A stretch of DNA of 64,000 bases, taken from sequence record MT446422.1; one strand, written 5' to 3'. Origin of the DNA: Escherichia virus TH57. This document shows, piece by piece, positions 33,027-41,336 of this stretch. How positions within the stretch are numbered: position 1 is the first letter of the stretch; each line of letters starts with the position of its first letter. The notes beneath the pieces were generated by a model that saw only the letters and a program-made list of their open reading frames with translations, ran no database searches and was not told the origin of the DNA. Position numbers and translations under genes: made by a program.

Positions 33027-33055
33027 AATTCAAAAATTAAAAGAGATGTGCGATG
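32976..33055 (+). repeat. 40-bp tandem direct duplication (2 copies, 1 mismatch) spanning the dexA translation start
   Basis: GTTGCTGGTGAAATTCAGAAATTAAAAGAGATGTGCGATG at 32976-33015 and again at 33016-33055 (G 32993 versus A 33033). Confidence 0.95.
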
Positions 33056-33736
33056 ATTGATGCTATTATTGACTTTGAAACTCTAGGAAACGGCTCGAAG
33101 GGAGCCGTTATTGACCTGGCTCTGATTACATTCGAATCTGACCCTGCTATTGTGGAATCATTCGAAACTCTGGTTAATCGCGGCAAACGTATTAAGTTCA
33201 GCCTCGAATACCAAAAAGGTAAGCGGTTGTTCGACACAACAACCATGGGTTGGTGGAAAAAACAATCACCAGAAGCTCGTGTTAACCTGACTCCTTCTGC
33301 GCATGATGTTGATACTCTGACCGGTATCCAACAGGCGATTGACTATCTGAATGGCAATGGAATTAACAAATACGAAAGCCTTATGTGGTGCCGTGGAATG
33401 TCTTTTGACTTCCCGTTGTTTGTCGACCTTATCCGCGACCTACAGCGCAATGAGGGGATTCCTGAGCGTGAATTGAATACCTACGGTCTGGAGCCGGTTG
33501 TATTCTGGAATCAGCGAGATATCAGGACAGCCATCGAAGCCTTATCACTCGTCCGTAAGATGTGTGAAACCCCATTACCGAAAGGGACTTTAGATGGATT
33601 TGTGGCGCACGATTCGGTACATGACTGCGCGAAAGATATTTTGATGTTGAAGTACGCCCAACGCTATGCTCTTGGTTTGGATGAAGTTCCTTCCGAAGAA
33701 GATGCAGACCCGTTATCTTTACCGAAAAAACGATAA
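33053..33736 (+). CDS. dexA: Exonuclease A (DexA, DEDD 3'-5' exonuclease)
   Basis: 227 aa, as in T4 DexA. MIDAIIDFETLG (Exo I), HDSVHDCAKD (Exo III). Confidence 0.9.
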   Translation: MIDAIIDFETLGNGSKGAVIDLALITFESDPAIVESFETLVNRGKRIKFSLEYQKGKRLFDTTTMGWWKKQSPEARVNLTPSAHDVDTLTGIQQAIDYLNGNGINKYESLMWCRGMSFDFPLFVDLIRDLQRNEGIPERELNTYGLEPVVFWNQRDIRTAIEALSLVRKMCETPLPKGTLDGFVAHDSVHDCAKDILMLKYAQRYALGLDEVPSEEDADPLSLPKKR

Positions 33737-33742
33737 AAAGTA

Positions 33743-33772
33743 GTGTACAAGGCCAATAGAAAGAGACATAAT
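33743..33772 (+). promoter_or_regulatory. early promoter
   Basis: GTGTACA 33743-33749, 17-nt spacer, CATAAT 33767-33772. Leader CTCATCAACTACTGATGAGGA. Confidence 0.6.
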
Positions 33773-33803
33773 CATCTCATCAACTACTGATGAGGATAAC
33801 AAA

Positions 33804-34061
33804 ATGATTACTTCTTTTGAAATTGGCCAACAATATGAAATGTCTGCTCTTCAAGCTGCTGAAGCAGGTCTGACTAAAGCGTTTGAATGTGCATTTGCAA
33901 ATATTCGTGGTAAAATCTTTACTGTCAATAAAATTGCGGTATATGATAAAGAAACAGACATGAACAAAGGCATCTACCTGAACGTGTCAAATGCAAAAGG
34001 CCGTCGTGAAATTATGGTTGTACAACCTAATCAACTGGCGATGTTCAATAAGGTTGCATAA
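33804..34061 (+). CDS. hypothetical protein (85 aa), one copy of an ~80-aa repeat module
   Basis: ORF track. FEIGQQYEM...GKIFTVNK...EIMVVQPNQL parallels two modules in the next ORF. Confidence 0.55.
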   Translation: MITSFEIGQQYEMSALQAAEAGLTKAFECAFANIRGKIFTVNKIAVYDKETDMNKGIYLNVSNAKGRREIMVVQPNQLAMFNKVA

Positions 34062-34816
34062 TGAAACCAGAATTTATTGACTTTGATGTTGTAAGCACTT
34101 ATGTGTGTCCAATTAAACCATTAAAACTTGAGAAACAAAATATGACTATTGAAATTAACAAAACTTATCAACTGATTGAACCTATTATTCAAAACGCAGC
34201 TATGATTTCTGGGTATAATACTTTGACTGATGCTTTAGGTGAAGGTGAATTTGTTGTTGAAACTTTTGTAAAAAGTAACTGGTTTGATAAAGCATATATT
34301 TTGCATGCCCGTCGTCTGGATACTAATGAAGTGGAAAAAATTATGGTTTATGAAGCTGAGATTGAACTTTTCAAAGAAGTTGAAGAAACTCCTATCAAAG
34401 TTGGTAAAACATATCAGCTTATTGAAGATGGTAGTCAGTTTGATAATGCTATCGCACTGCATGCAGGCTGGCGTGTGCTGAAAGGTATTTTTGGCTTTGC
34501 TCCATTTACCGTTGAAACAGTTAAGTACCACAATCACTTAAATATCTTTGAATTTACTGCAATTAATGAATCAGGTGACAATCTTGAAGCTATCCTTTAT
34601 CCGCGTGAATCTGTACTGTTGGAAGAAGTTAACGAACTGGGTGACCCTATTGACTTGTTATGTAAACCAGTTCAAATCAAACGCCCATTTAACAGTTCCA
34701 TTTGTGGTTGGGTAACAGACCAGTGGATTGAAGATGGGGTTGAACTCCTGAACGTCGTCCATGCTGGTGAATTTACTGTTGTCCCACGTTCCATGGTTGT
34801 TCAAATTTTTAATTAA
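34061..34816 (+). CDS. hypothetical protein (251 aa): two repeat modules plus a MotB-like C-terminal domain
   Basis: INKTYQLIEP...FVVETF... and VGKTYQLIED...FTVETV... are internal repeats. C-terminal GWVTDQWIEDGVELLNVVHAGEFTVVPRS matches GYITDQWVEEGVKLYNIVFLGTFKVVPES of ORF 34894. Confidence 0.6.
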   Translation: MKPEFIDFDVVSTYVCPIKPLKLEKQNMTIEINKTYQLIEPIIQNAAMISGYNTLTDALGEGEFVVETFVKSNWFDKAYILHARRLDTNEVEKIMVYEAEIELFKEVEETPIKVGKTYQLIEDGSQFDNAIALHAGWRVLKGIFGFAPFTVETVKYHNHLNIFEFTAINESGDNLEAILYPRESVLLEEVNELGDPIDLLCKPVQIKRPFNSSICGWVTDQWIEDGVELLNVVHAGEFTVVPRSMVVQIFN

Positions 34817-34821
34817 GTTTA

Positions 34822-34851
34822 GTGTACAAACTCTTGGGGTCGGAGTATAAT
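34822..34851 (+). promoter_or_regulatory. early promoter (motB-like unit)
   Basis: GTGTACA 34822-34828, 17-nt spacer, TATAAT 34846-34851 inside the hairpin GGGGTC/GACCCC 34836-34857. Confidence 0.6.
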
Positions 34852-34893
34852 GACCCCACTGGAGAATAAACTTATTAACCAAGAGAGAAAATT

Positions 34894-35385
34894 ATGAAAG
34901 TTGAAGCTGGTGATATTGTACGTGTTTCTAAAGAATCTCGTTCCAAAGCTGCTGGTCGTTTTGTTGAGGTTGTGGGTCTTCGCACTAATTTAGCAGGTGG
35001 AATTAAAGAAGTTAAAGTGCGCATCATTCCTAAAAATGGTCAGACTGAAACTCAATTGGCTTATGTGCATCCTAAATTCCTGGAATCAACCGAATTTACT
35101 GGGTACATCGCTCCTGTGGCCGAAGAAGTTGAAACTATTGACCAGTCTCATGTTGGGGTTGATTTTAAATGGAAATTGGGCAAAGGTGTCTTTTTTGTTT
35201 CACCTAAACCGTTTGAATATAATTGTCAGTATGGTCCGACTTATGAAACCACTAGCATGTCTGGTTATATCACAGACCAATGGGTTGAAGAAGGTGTCAA
35301 ACTGTATAATATCGTGTTCCTTGGAACCTTTAAGGTTGTTCCTGAGAGCTTTATTGTCGAGTATGCTGATATTCATTTTGCCTAA
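34894..35385 (+). CDS. motB: MotB-like DNA-binding protein candidate
   Basis: 163 aa (T4 MotB is 162 aa). KOW-like N-terminus GDIVRVSKESRSKAAGRFVEVVG. Position downstream of dexA, as in T4. Confidence 0.5.
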   Translation: MKVEAGDIVRVSKESRSKAAGRFVEVVGLRTNLAGGIKEVKVRIIPKNGQTETQLAYVHPKFLESTEFTGYIAPVAEEVETIDQSHVGVDFKWKLGKGVFFVSPKPFEYNCQYGPTYETTSMSGYITDQWVEEGVKLYNIVFLGTFKVVPESFIVEYADIHFA

Positions 35386-35432
35386 ATTATAAAAATGATA
35401 GGGTAATTTGCCCTATCAATGAGGAGAATATT

Positions 35433-35657
35433 ATGTTTAATGAAGATTGTGTGACCACTTCCCTGACTGCTGAAGAGTTTTGGGATACTGCTGAAAGTGA
35501 TAAAGTGATTGTGAAGAAAAACATCAATGAATTTCTTTGCACCACTGATATCATTTATGTGTATGCAGACAAAGACGCAGAACTACCTAGCTATGCGTTG
35601 TTCCGTGAAGAATCAGAAGATGGTACAGATTTTTGGAAGGAGATTTATAATGTCTAA
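35433..35657 (+). CDS. hypothetical acidic protein (74 aa)
   Basis: ORF track. GAGGAGAATATT-ATG. Confidence 0.55.
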   Translation: MFNEDCVTTSLTAEEFWDTAESDKVIVKKNINEFLCTTDIIYVYADKDAELPSYALFREESEDGTDFWKEIYNV

Positions 35658-36009
35658 ATTTGAAACTGATAAGTGGTATTATTTTAAAGATAATGTTGCT
35701 GAAAGCAGATTCCGTTTGTTATGCACAGATAATGATAATATAGCCAATGCTATAATCAATGGCGAGGGATTTAGACCAGTCAGAATTGAAGATGGTGATG
35801 TGTGTAAAATGGAATTATCAACTGGTGAATTTGTGAGCCTATTCATAAAGGAAGATGAATTCCGTTTCTTTGAAGAAGAAAAAGATGACGGCGATGAAGA
35901 AACTGAAGCTCCAGAAATCACTGCATTCCCATTGACTAAAATCACCATTAGTAATAATGAAGAAGCCTGGTCAGTTTTCCAGATGTTGAAAGCACACTTT
36001 AAGGAATAA
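35650..36009 (+). CDS. hypothetical acidic protein (119 aa)
   Basis: ATG 35650 overlapping the upstream stop. The track ORF start 35527 overlaps the previous gene. Confidence 0.5.
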   Translation: MSKFETDKWYYFKDNVAESRFRLLCTDNDNIANAIINGEGFRPVRIEDGDVCKMELSTGEFVSLFIKEDEFRFFEEEKDDGDEETEAPEITAFPLTKITISNNEEAWSVFQMLKAHFKE

Positions 36010-36016
36010 TTTAGAG

Positions 36017-36190
36017 ATGCCACTTTATGATTACAAATGCCAATCTGAAGACTGCGCAAAAGAATACGAAAAAATCAAGAAAATCTCTGAAAGAGATAAT
36101 GATGTTTGTCCTGATTGTCATCGGCTGGCTGTTCGGCTAGTCTCGGCCCCCAAACATGTTAATGGTGGGGTTTACGACCTGCTTAAATGA
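36017..36190 (+). CDS. FmdB-type zinc-ribbon protein (57 aa)
   Basis: Below the track cutoff. MPLYDYKCQSEDCAKEYE...CPDCH fits the MPxYxYxC...CPxC pattern of the CxxC_CxxC_SSSS family. Confidence 0.55.
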   Translation: MPLYDYKCQSEDCAKEYEKIKKISERDNDVCPDCHRLAVRLVSAPKHVNGGVYDLLK

Positions 36191-36196
36191 GGAAAT

Positions 36197-36457
36197 ATGA
36201 AATATATTAATCGTTCTATTGCCGCGCTGGTTTTGGCAGTTTCATTGACTGGTTGTACTGATGCAGATAATGCTGTTCGCGTATTAGATGCAAACGGCTA
36301 TGAGCAAATCCAAATCACCGGATATAACTGGTTTGGATGCTCTAAAGATGATTTCCAGCATACTGGTTTTACAGCAGTGGGTTCAACTGGTAAGAAAGTT
36401 GAAGGAACTGTTTGTTCTGGATTGTTGTTCAAGAATTCAACCATCCGATTTGAATAA
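36197..36457 (+). CDS. predicted lipoprotein (86 aa)
   Basis: MKYINRSIAALVLAVSLTGC has a signal peptide plus lipobox LTGC. A terminator follows. Confidence 0.65.
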   Translation: MKYINRSIAALVLAVSLTGCTDADNAVRVLDANGYEQIQITGYNWFGCSKDDFQHTGFTAVGSTGKKVEGTVCSGLLFKNSTIRFE

Positions 36458-36475
36458 GGCCTTCGGGCCTTTTTG
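36457..36475 (+). terminator. rho-independent terminator
   Basis: AGGCC-TTCG-GGCCT plus T-run. Confidence 0.75.
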
Positions 36476-36498
36476 CTTTAAAATATGTGACTTATAAT
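36474..36498 (+). promoter_or_regulatory. MotA-dependent middle promoter (gene 39)
   Basis: TGCTTTA 36474-36480, 12-nt spacer, TATAAT 36493-36498. Confidence 0.7.
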
Positions 36499-36520
36499 AC
36501 CTCCATACACAAGAGGAAAG

Positions 36521-38353
36521 ATGATGATTAATAATGAAATTAAAGTACTCTCGGACGTCGAGCATATCAAAAAACGTTCCGGGATGTATATTGGTTCCAG
36601 TTCAAATGAAGCGCATGAGCGATTCTTGTTTGGTGAATATAAGTCCGTAAGCTATGTTCCTGGTATTGTAAAACTGATTGATGAAATTATTGATAACTCT
36701 GTTGATGAAGCAATTCGCACCAGTTTTAAATTTGCCAATAAAATTGATGTCCAAATTAAAGATAATCAGATTTCGGTTTCTGATAATGGCCGTGGTATTC
36801 CACAGGCAATGGTTACAGACCAAAACGGTGAACAAATCCCTGGCCCTGTTGCAGCATGGACTATTCCAAAAGCAGGTGGCAACTTCGGCGATGATGCTGA
36901 ACGTAAAACTGGCGGGATGAATGGCGTCGGGTCTTCTCTGACCAATATTTTCTCCGTATTGTTCACCGGGATTACCGCTGATGGGGCGAACGAAATTACT
37001 GTTAACTGCTCCAACGGTATGGAAAACAAATGTTGGTCGACTAAGAAATCAAAGGGTAAAGGTACGACTGTTATATTTATTCCAGATTTTAGTCACTTTG
37101 AAGAAAATAGTCTGTCCCAGATTTATCTGGATATTACATTGGACCGTCTGCAGACTCTTGCTGTTGTTTATCCGGATATTCAGTTCACCTTTAATGGTAA
37201 AAAGGTTGATGGCAACTTCAAGAAGTTCTCCAAGCAATTCGGAACCGAAGTTGTTATTCAGGAAACTGATACAGTATCGATGGCCTTTACGACCAGCCCA
37301 GACGGTTTCCGTCAGTTGACTTATGTCAACAACATTCATACAAAGAATGGCGGACACCACGTTGAATGTGTTATGGATGATATCTGTGAACACCTTCAGC
37401 CGGCGATTAAGCGCAAATATAAAGGCATTGAGGTGACCAAGGCACGAGTTAAAGAATGTCTCACCATGCTTATGTTCATCCGCGATATGAGCAACATGCG
37501 ATTTGATTCCCAAACCAAGGAGCGATTGACTTCTCCGGCTGGTGAAATCCGAAATCACATTAAGATTGATGCTAAGAAAATCGCGCAAGCTATTCTGAAA
37601 AATGAACCGCTGATTATGCCGATTGTTGAAGCTGCATTAGCCCGTAAATTGGCTGCAGAGAAAGCAGCAGAGACTAAGGCAAATAAGAAAGCTTCAAAGG
37701 CCAAGGTACAAAAGCATATCAAGGCCAACGAATGGGGCAATGATAAGTTGGAAACGACTCTATTCCTGACCGAAGGGGATTCTGCAACTGGCCCATTTAT
37801 CAAGGTTCGCGACCGTGAATTGCAGGGTGCTTATCCATTACGGGGCAAGTTTAAAAACACATGGGGCCTGAAAGCTATTGACGTTATGAAGAACGCTGAA
37901 GCCTTTGATGTGTGTGCAATTACTGGATTAACGATTGGACAACCGGCCGAGAATATGAATTACCGAAACATTGCTATCATGACAGATGCGGATGTGGATG
38001 GTGTCGGTAGTATCTATCCATCGTTATTGGCGTTTTTCAGTAACTGGCCAGAGCTGTTCCATGAAGGACGAATTCGCTTTGTGAAAACTCCTGTTATTAT
38101 TGCGCAGCTCAAAGATAAACAAGAATGGTTCTATTCTCTTCCTGACTATGAAGAAGCTAAGGATAAACTTCCGAAGCACACCATCCGATACATCAAGGGA
38201 CTTGGTTCTCTGGAAGATGCCGAGTACAAACGCGTATTGCTCGAACCGGTATTCGAAGTTGTTCAATTGCCTGACAACTGGAAAGAACTGTTTGAAATGT
38301 TATTCGGTAAAGATTCCCAGCAGCGCAAAGATTGGATGAATGCGACGCTATAA
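36521..38353 (+). CDS. 39: DNA topoisomerase II large subunit, unsplit gp39 (39+60 fused)
   Basis: 610 aa. GHKL ATPase motifs (DNSVDE, DNGRGIP, GGMNGVGSS) plus TOPRIM (EGDSA, DADVDG) in one frame, so no gene 60 split or bypass. Confidence 0.95.
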   Translation: MMINNEIKVLSDVEHIKKRSGMYIGSSSNEAHERFLFGEYKSVSYVPGIVKLIDEIIDNSVDEAIRTSFKFANKIDVQIKDNQISVSDNGRGIPQAMVTDQNGEQIPGPVAAWTIPKAGGNFGDDAERKTGGMNGVGSSLTNIFSVLFTGITADGANEITVNCSNGMENKCWSTKKSKGKGTTVIFIPDFSHFEENSLSQIYLDITLDRLQTLAVVYPDIQFTFNGKKVDGNFKKFSKQFGTEVVIQETDTVSMAFTTSPDGFRQLTYVNNIHTKNGGHHVECVMDDICEHLQPAIKRKYKGIEVTKARVKECLTMLMFIRDMSNMRFDSQTKERLTSPAGEIRNHIKIDAKKIAQAILKNEPLIMPIVEAALARKLAAEKAAETKANKKASKAKVQKHIKANEWGNDKLETTLFLTEGDSATGPFIKVRDRELQGAYPLRGKFKNTWGLKAIDVMKNAEAFDVCAITGLTIGQPAENMNYRNIAIMTDADVDGVGSIYPSLLAFFSNWPELFHEGRIRFVKTPVIIAQLKDKQEWFYSLPDYEEAKDKLPKHTIRYIKGLGSLEDAEYKRVLLEPVFEVVQLPDNWKELFEMLFGKDSQQRKDWMNATL

Positions 38354-38356
38354 ATA
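38349..38356 (+). promoter_or_regulatory. late promoter candidate overlapping the gene 39 stop codon
   Basis: Perfect TATAAATA. Followed by the 16-nt perfect palindrome GGGAGAATATTCTCCC (38362-38377) and ORF 38394. Confidence 0.5.
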
Positions 38357-38393
38357 GATGTGGGAGAATATTCTCCCGCTACTAGGAGACAAT

Positions 38394-38546
38394 ATGACTA
38401 AATACTGGATTACACTCGCTACCGGTGAATATGGTTTTCTCTGGGCAGAGAAAAAGCCTTTGTTTGCAGAATTTGTAACAATCACGTGCGAAACCTGGGA
38501 AGGTGAAACTTTCATGGCGTATGGTCAAGTCTATAAAGTAGAATAA
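38394..38546 (+). CDS. small hypothetical protein (50 aa)
   Basis: ATG 38394 behind TAGGAGACAAT. TATAAATA at 38349-38356 upstream. A terminator follows. Confidence 0.45.
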   Translation: MTKYWITLATGEYGFLWAEKKPLFAEFVTITCETWEGETFMAYGQVYKVE

Positions 38547-38551
38547 AATTT

Positions 38552-38575
38552 GGTCTCCTTCGGGAGACCTTTTTA
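38552..38575 (+). terminator. rho-independent terminator
   Basis: GGTCTCC-TTCG-GGAGACC plus T5. Confidence 0.8.
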
Positions 38576-38577
38576 TT

Positions 38578-38607
38578 ATGTACAAGCCACAAAAATTGTG
38601 TTAAGAT
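38578..38607 (+). promoter_or_regulatory. early promoter (rIIA unit)
   Basis: ATGTACA 38578-38584, 17-nt spacer, TAAGAT 38602-38607. Confidence 0.5.
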
Positions 38608-38624
38608 GTCTTTGAGGTGAAAAT

Positions 38625-38909
38625 ATGATTATGTCTGACGGAAGTTTAGTTAATCTGCAAAATGTTGCACGGTGTATTATGGAAGCAGGTCTAAGGAAGG
38701 TGCAGGGGCTCCCAGATAACGACAGGAAGCGAAGTTACTTGTTAGCTGTAAGAACAACAGCCATGAGCATTAAGGCTGGCCAGAAGGTCCCTGAGGAGCG
38801 AATTGAAGCACTCCTTGCATTGATATACCATGACCAAGAACATAAAGCTACCATGCGTAGTATGAGAAAAATATTACAGGAGATTGGAAATGACGAACTT
38901 CAAAGTTAA
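38625..38909 (+). CDS. hypothetical protein (94 aa)
   Basis: ORF track. GAGGTGAAAAT-ATG. Downstream of early promoter 38578-38607. Confidence 0.55.
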   Translation: MIMSDGSLVNLQNVARCIMEAGLRKVQGLPDNDRKRSYLLAVRTTAMSIKAGQKVPEERIEALLALIYHDQEHKATMRSMRKILQEIGNDELQS

Positions 38910-39093
38910 TATGGAACTGTTTGATAAGGCTATCCATAAAGAGTACCGTGTTATCCAACGATTTTTTGATATAAGAGAAGCTGAAGAGTTTAAAGAACGC
39001 TTCAAAGAAATCCGTATTAAAATAGCTTCTGACGCCGCAACAAAGGATGAACTTCTTGAAGTTGCAGAATTAATCAAACGTAACATAAAGTGA
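38890..39093 (+). CDS. hypothetical protein (67 aa), position of T4 rIIA.1
   Basis: ATG 38890 behind GGAG (the track gives TTG 38884). Confidence 0.5.
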   Translation: MTNFKVNMELFDKAIHKEYRVIQRFFDIREAEEFKERFKEIRIKIASDAATKDELLEVAELIKRNIK

Positions 39094-39100
39094 GAAAAAC

Positions 39101-41335
39101 ATGATTTTAGAAACTGAAAAGGAAACAATCCTTGGTAATGGTGCCAAGGCATCAGCATTCACAATCCAGGCATCTCCAAAGGTGTTTAAGATTCTGACCA
39201 GCGACCTTTATACAAACAAGGTGCGCGCGGTTGTTCGTGAGCTGATTACCAATATGATTGATGCTCATATGCTCAATGGTTGTCAGGATAAATTCATTGT
39301 GCAAGCTCCTGGTGAACTGGACCCACGTTTTGTATGTCGTGACTTTGGTCCGGGTATGAGTGATTTCCAGATTCGTGGTGATGAAAATACTCCAGGTCTG
39401 TATAACAGTTTCTTTGCATCATCCAAGGCTGAATCCAACGATTTTATTGGTGGCTTTGGCCTGGGTTCTAAATCTCCGTTCAGTTATACCGAGACGTTTA
39501 GCCTGATTTCATATCATGATGGTCAAGTTAACGGTTATGTCGCTTATATGGATGGCGATGGCCCACAGATTAAGCCAACCTTTAGCGAACCAATGAAACC
39601 TGGTGACCGCACAGGGATTGAAGTTGTTGTCCCGGTTGATAGTAATGATTTTGGTAAGTTCCGCTACGAGATTGCGTATATCATGCGTCCATTTGCTGGA
39701 CTGGCTGAAGTGCAAGGCGTAGGCGAAATTAATTACTTCCCAGAATTTGATGATTATTATGCTCCAGCGCGTATTGATTATAGCAGCCCAGAACGTTATG
39801 GACTTTATGCAATTTACGGCGGTATTGTTTATCCGATTGGTGACGGTTATACAAAGAAAACCTGGATGACTGCCAAAAATGATGTTGTCTTTATTAAGTT
39901 CCCGATGGGTTCGTTGGATATTGCACCTTCTCGCGAAGCATTATCACTGGACAAACGTACGGTCGCAAATATCGTTGAACGTATTGAATCGCTTGATAAG
40001 AAGGTCATGGAAGATGATTGTAAGAAATGGCAGGAATCAGAATGTATCCGCCATACGTATCGCGAATTGCAGAGTCTGAGTTATGAAGCTCGTAATTTTC
40101 TGAAAGCTCGTAATGCTGAAACGAAATTTACAAAATCACAATTGACTTTTAACCAGATGTACGAAATGTTCGAGCTGGACAAAGACCTTATTAATGCCGG
40201 GGTTGTCTATGATATCTATAGCACCACCCGTCTGAAACGTCTGCGTAACTCAAGCTCGAACACGAATACTGCAAGCCTGACAAGCATGTTTGGTATTCAT
40301 AATGATACCTTGAATATTGTTATTGACGATGCTAAAGGGCGAATTGCGATGATTCGTGGTATCAGTTCAATGCTGTATGACACCAGCGCGAAAGCCAAAA
40401 AGCTCAAAGCATCTGGTAAAGTTCCGACTGTGCAGGGTAGTAGTCTATTGTTCGTTGACCCAACCAGCGAAATTCAAACACGTCTGATGGTTCAACTTCA
40501 AGAACGATTTAAAGGCGATACAGTTAATATCTATCGTACGTCTGAACTGACCGCCCTTGTAAAAGACTGGATTCCGGTTGCGGACCCGAAAGAGCGTGTT
40601 AAGTCAAAGACTCCATCGGTGATTCGTTGGACTAAAACCAATGGTCGATGGCAGGCTGTTGAAGAATTTACATGCGCTGCTGATGCAGAGGAAATCGATG
40701 GTTATGCTGTATTCATTAACCGTAGCAACATTTCCCCGTTGAATCAGGATTATGGCGTCACGAACTTCGGGACCCAGACATTGTGCAAACTGGCAAACCT
40801 GTTGGAAATCAATGAATTCTGTGTTATTCGTCCACAGCTTCAGAAAAAGGTTACCAAGCTGGCGCAGTGTGATTGTCTGATTGAAGCTGCAGTCAATCGT
40901 TATGTGGAATTGATTGATTCAGTTGATGCGGACCAGTACATTGCCGCTTCAAGCCGTTCGCGTTATTATATTCCTATCCTGTCTGAATATGCAGAACTGA
41001 ATTTTATGTTCAAGTATTTTTATGCAAAAGATGTTCAGAAAGATGTGAACACTGACTATGCCGAACTAATGCAGTTCAATAAGTTCTTTGCTTATAACGC
41101 ATATAACAGTGGAACAGTTGATAAGACCATGCAGGAAACTCTGGTCCTTTGTAATAAGATTTATGACGACCTGACCAAAAACGCTTCGGTAACAAGCGAT
41201 AAAATGGTTTTTGAATTTGAAAAGAATCACCCGATTGTTTCACACTTTTTATATAACCGTAACGCCATGTCAACTGAACAAGTACAGAACGTTGCTCAAA
41301 TCATGAAGGCCGTGGAAGCGGCCAATAAGGAATAA
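39101..41335 (+). CDS. rIIA: rIIA protein (protector from prophage-induced early lysis)
   Basis: 744 aa (T4 725 aa). N-terminal GHKL-like VRELITNMIDAH...GLGSKSPF. Follows gene 39 and precedes rIIB, as in T4. Confidence 0.9.
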   Translation: MILETEKETILGNGAKASAFTIQASPKVFKILTSDLYTNKVRAVVRELITNMIDAHMLNGCQDKFIVQAPGELDPRFVCRDFGPGMSDFQIRGDENTPGLYNSFFASSKAESNDFIGGFGLGSKSPFSYTETFSLISYHDGQVNGYVAYMDGDGPQIKPTFSEPMKPGDRTGIEVVVPVDSNDFGKFRYEIAYIMRPFAGLAEVQGVGEINYFPEFDDYYAPARIDYSSPERYGLYAIYGGIVYPIGDGYTKKTWMTAKNDVVFIKFPMGSLDIAPSREALSLDKRTVANIVERIESLDKKVMEDDCKKWQESECIRHTYRELQSLSYEARNFLKARNAETKFTKSQLTFNQMYEMFELDKDLINAGVVYDIYSTTRLKRLRNSSSNTNTASLTSMFGIHNDTLNIVIDDAKGRIAMIRGISSMLYDTSAKAKKLKASGKVPTVQGSSLLFVDPTSEIQTRLMVQLQERFKGDTVNIYRTSELTALVKDWIPVADPKERVKSKTPSVIRWTKTNGRWQAVEEFTCAADAEEIDGYAVFINRSNISPLNQDYGVTNFGTQTLCKLANLLEINEFCVIRPQLQKKVTKLAQCDCLIEAAVNRYVELIDSVDADQYIAASSRSRYYIPILSEYAELNFMFKYFYAKDVQKDVNTDYAELMQFNKFFAYNAYNSGTVDKTMQETLVLCNKIYDDLTKNASVTSDKMVFEFEKNHPIVSHFLYNRNAMSTEQVQNVAQIMKAVEAANKE

Positions 41336-41336
41336 T

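Noticed and set aside
34997-35392. 131-aa + strand ORF in an alternative frame of the motB-like gene
   Set aside because: It overlaps ORF 34894..35385, which has the SD, the KOW-like motif and the paralogous C-terminal domain. The alternative frame is Leu/Ser-rich noise.
35679-36059. 126-aa - strand ORF
   Set aside because: Antisense to ORF 35650..36009. Its Ser-rich low-complexity translation mirrors the acidic + strand protein.
37049-37588. 179-aa - strand ORF and several + strand off-frame ORFs inside gene 39
   Set aside because: They lie inside the well-supported topoisomerase frame.
36521-38353. Looked for a gene 60-type 50-nt translational bypass or a mobA insertion in the topoisomerase gene
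   Set aside because: The frame is continuous from the ATPase through TOPRIM to the C-terminus. There is no in-frame stop followed by a take-off/landing GGA pair.
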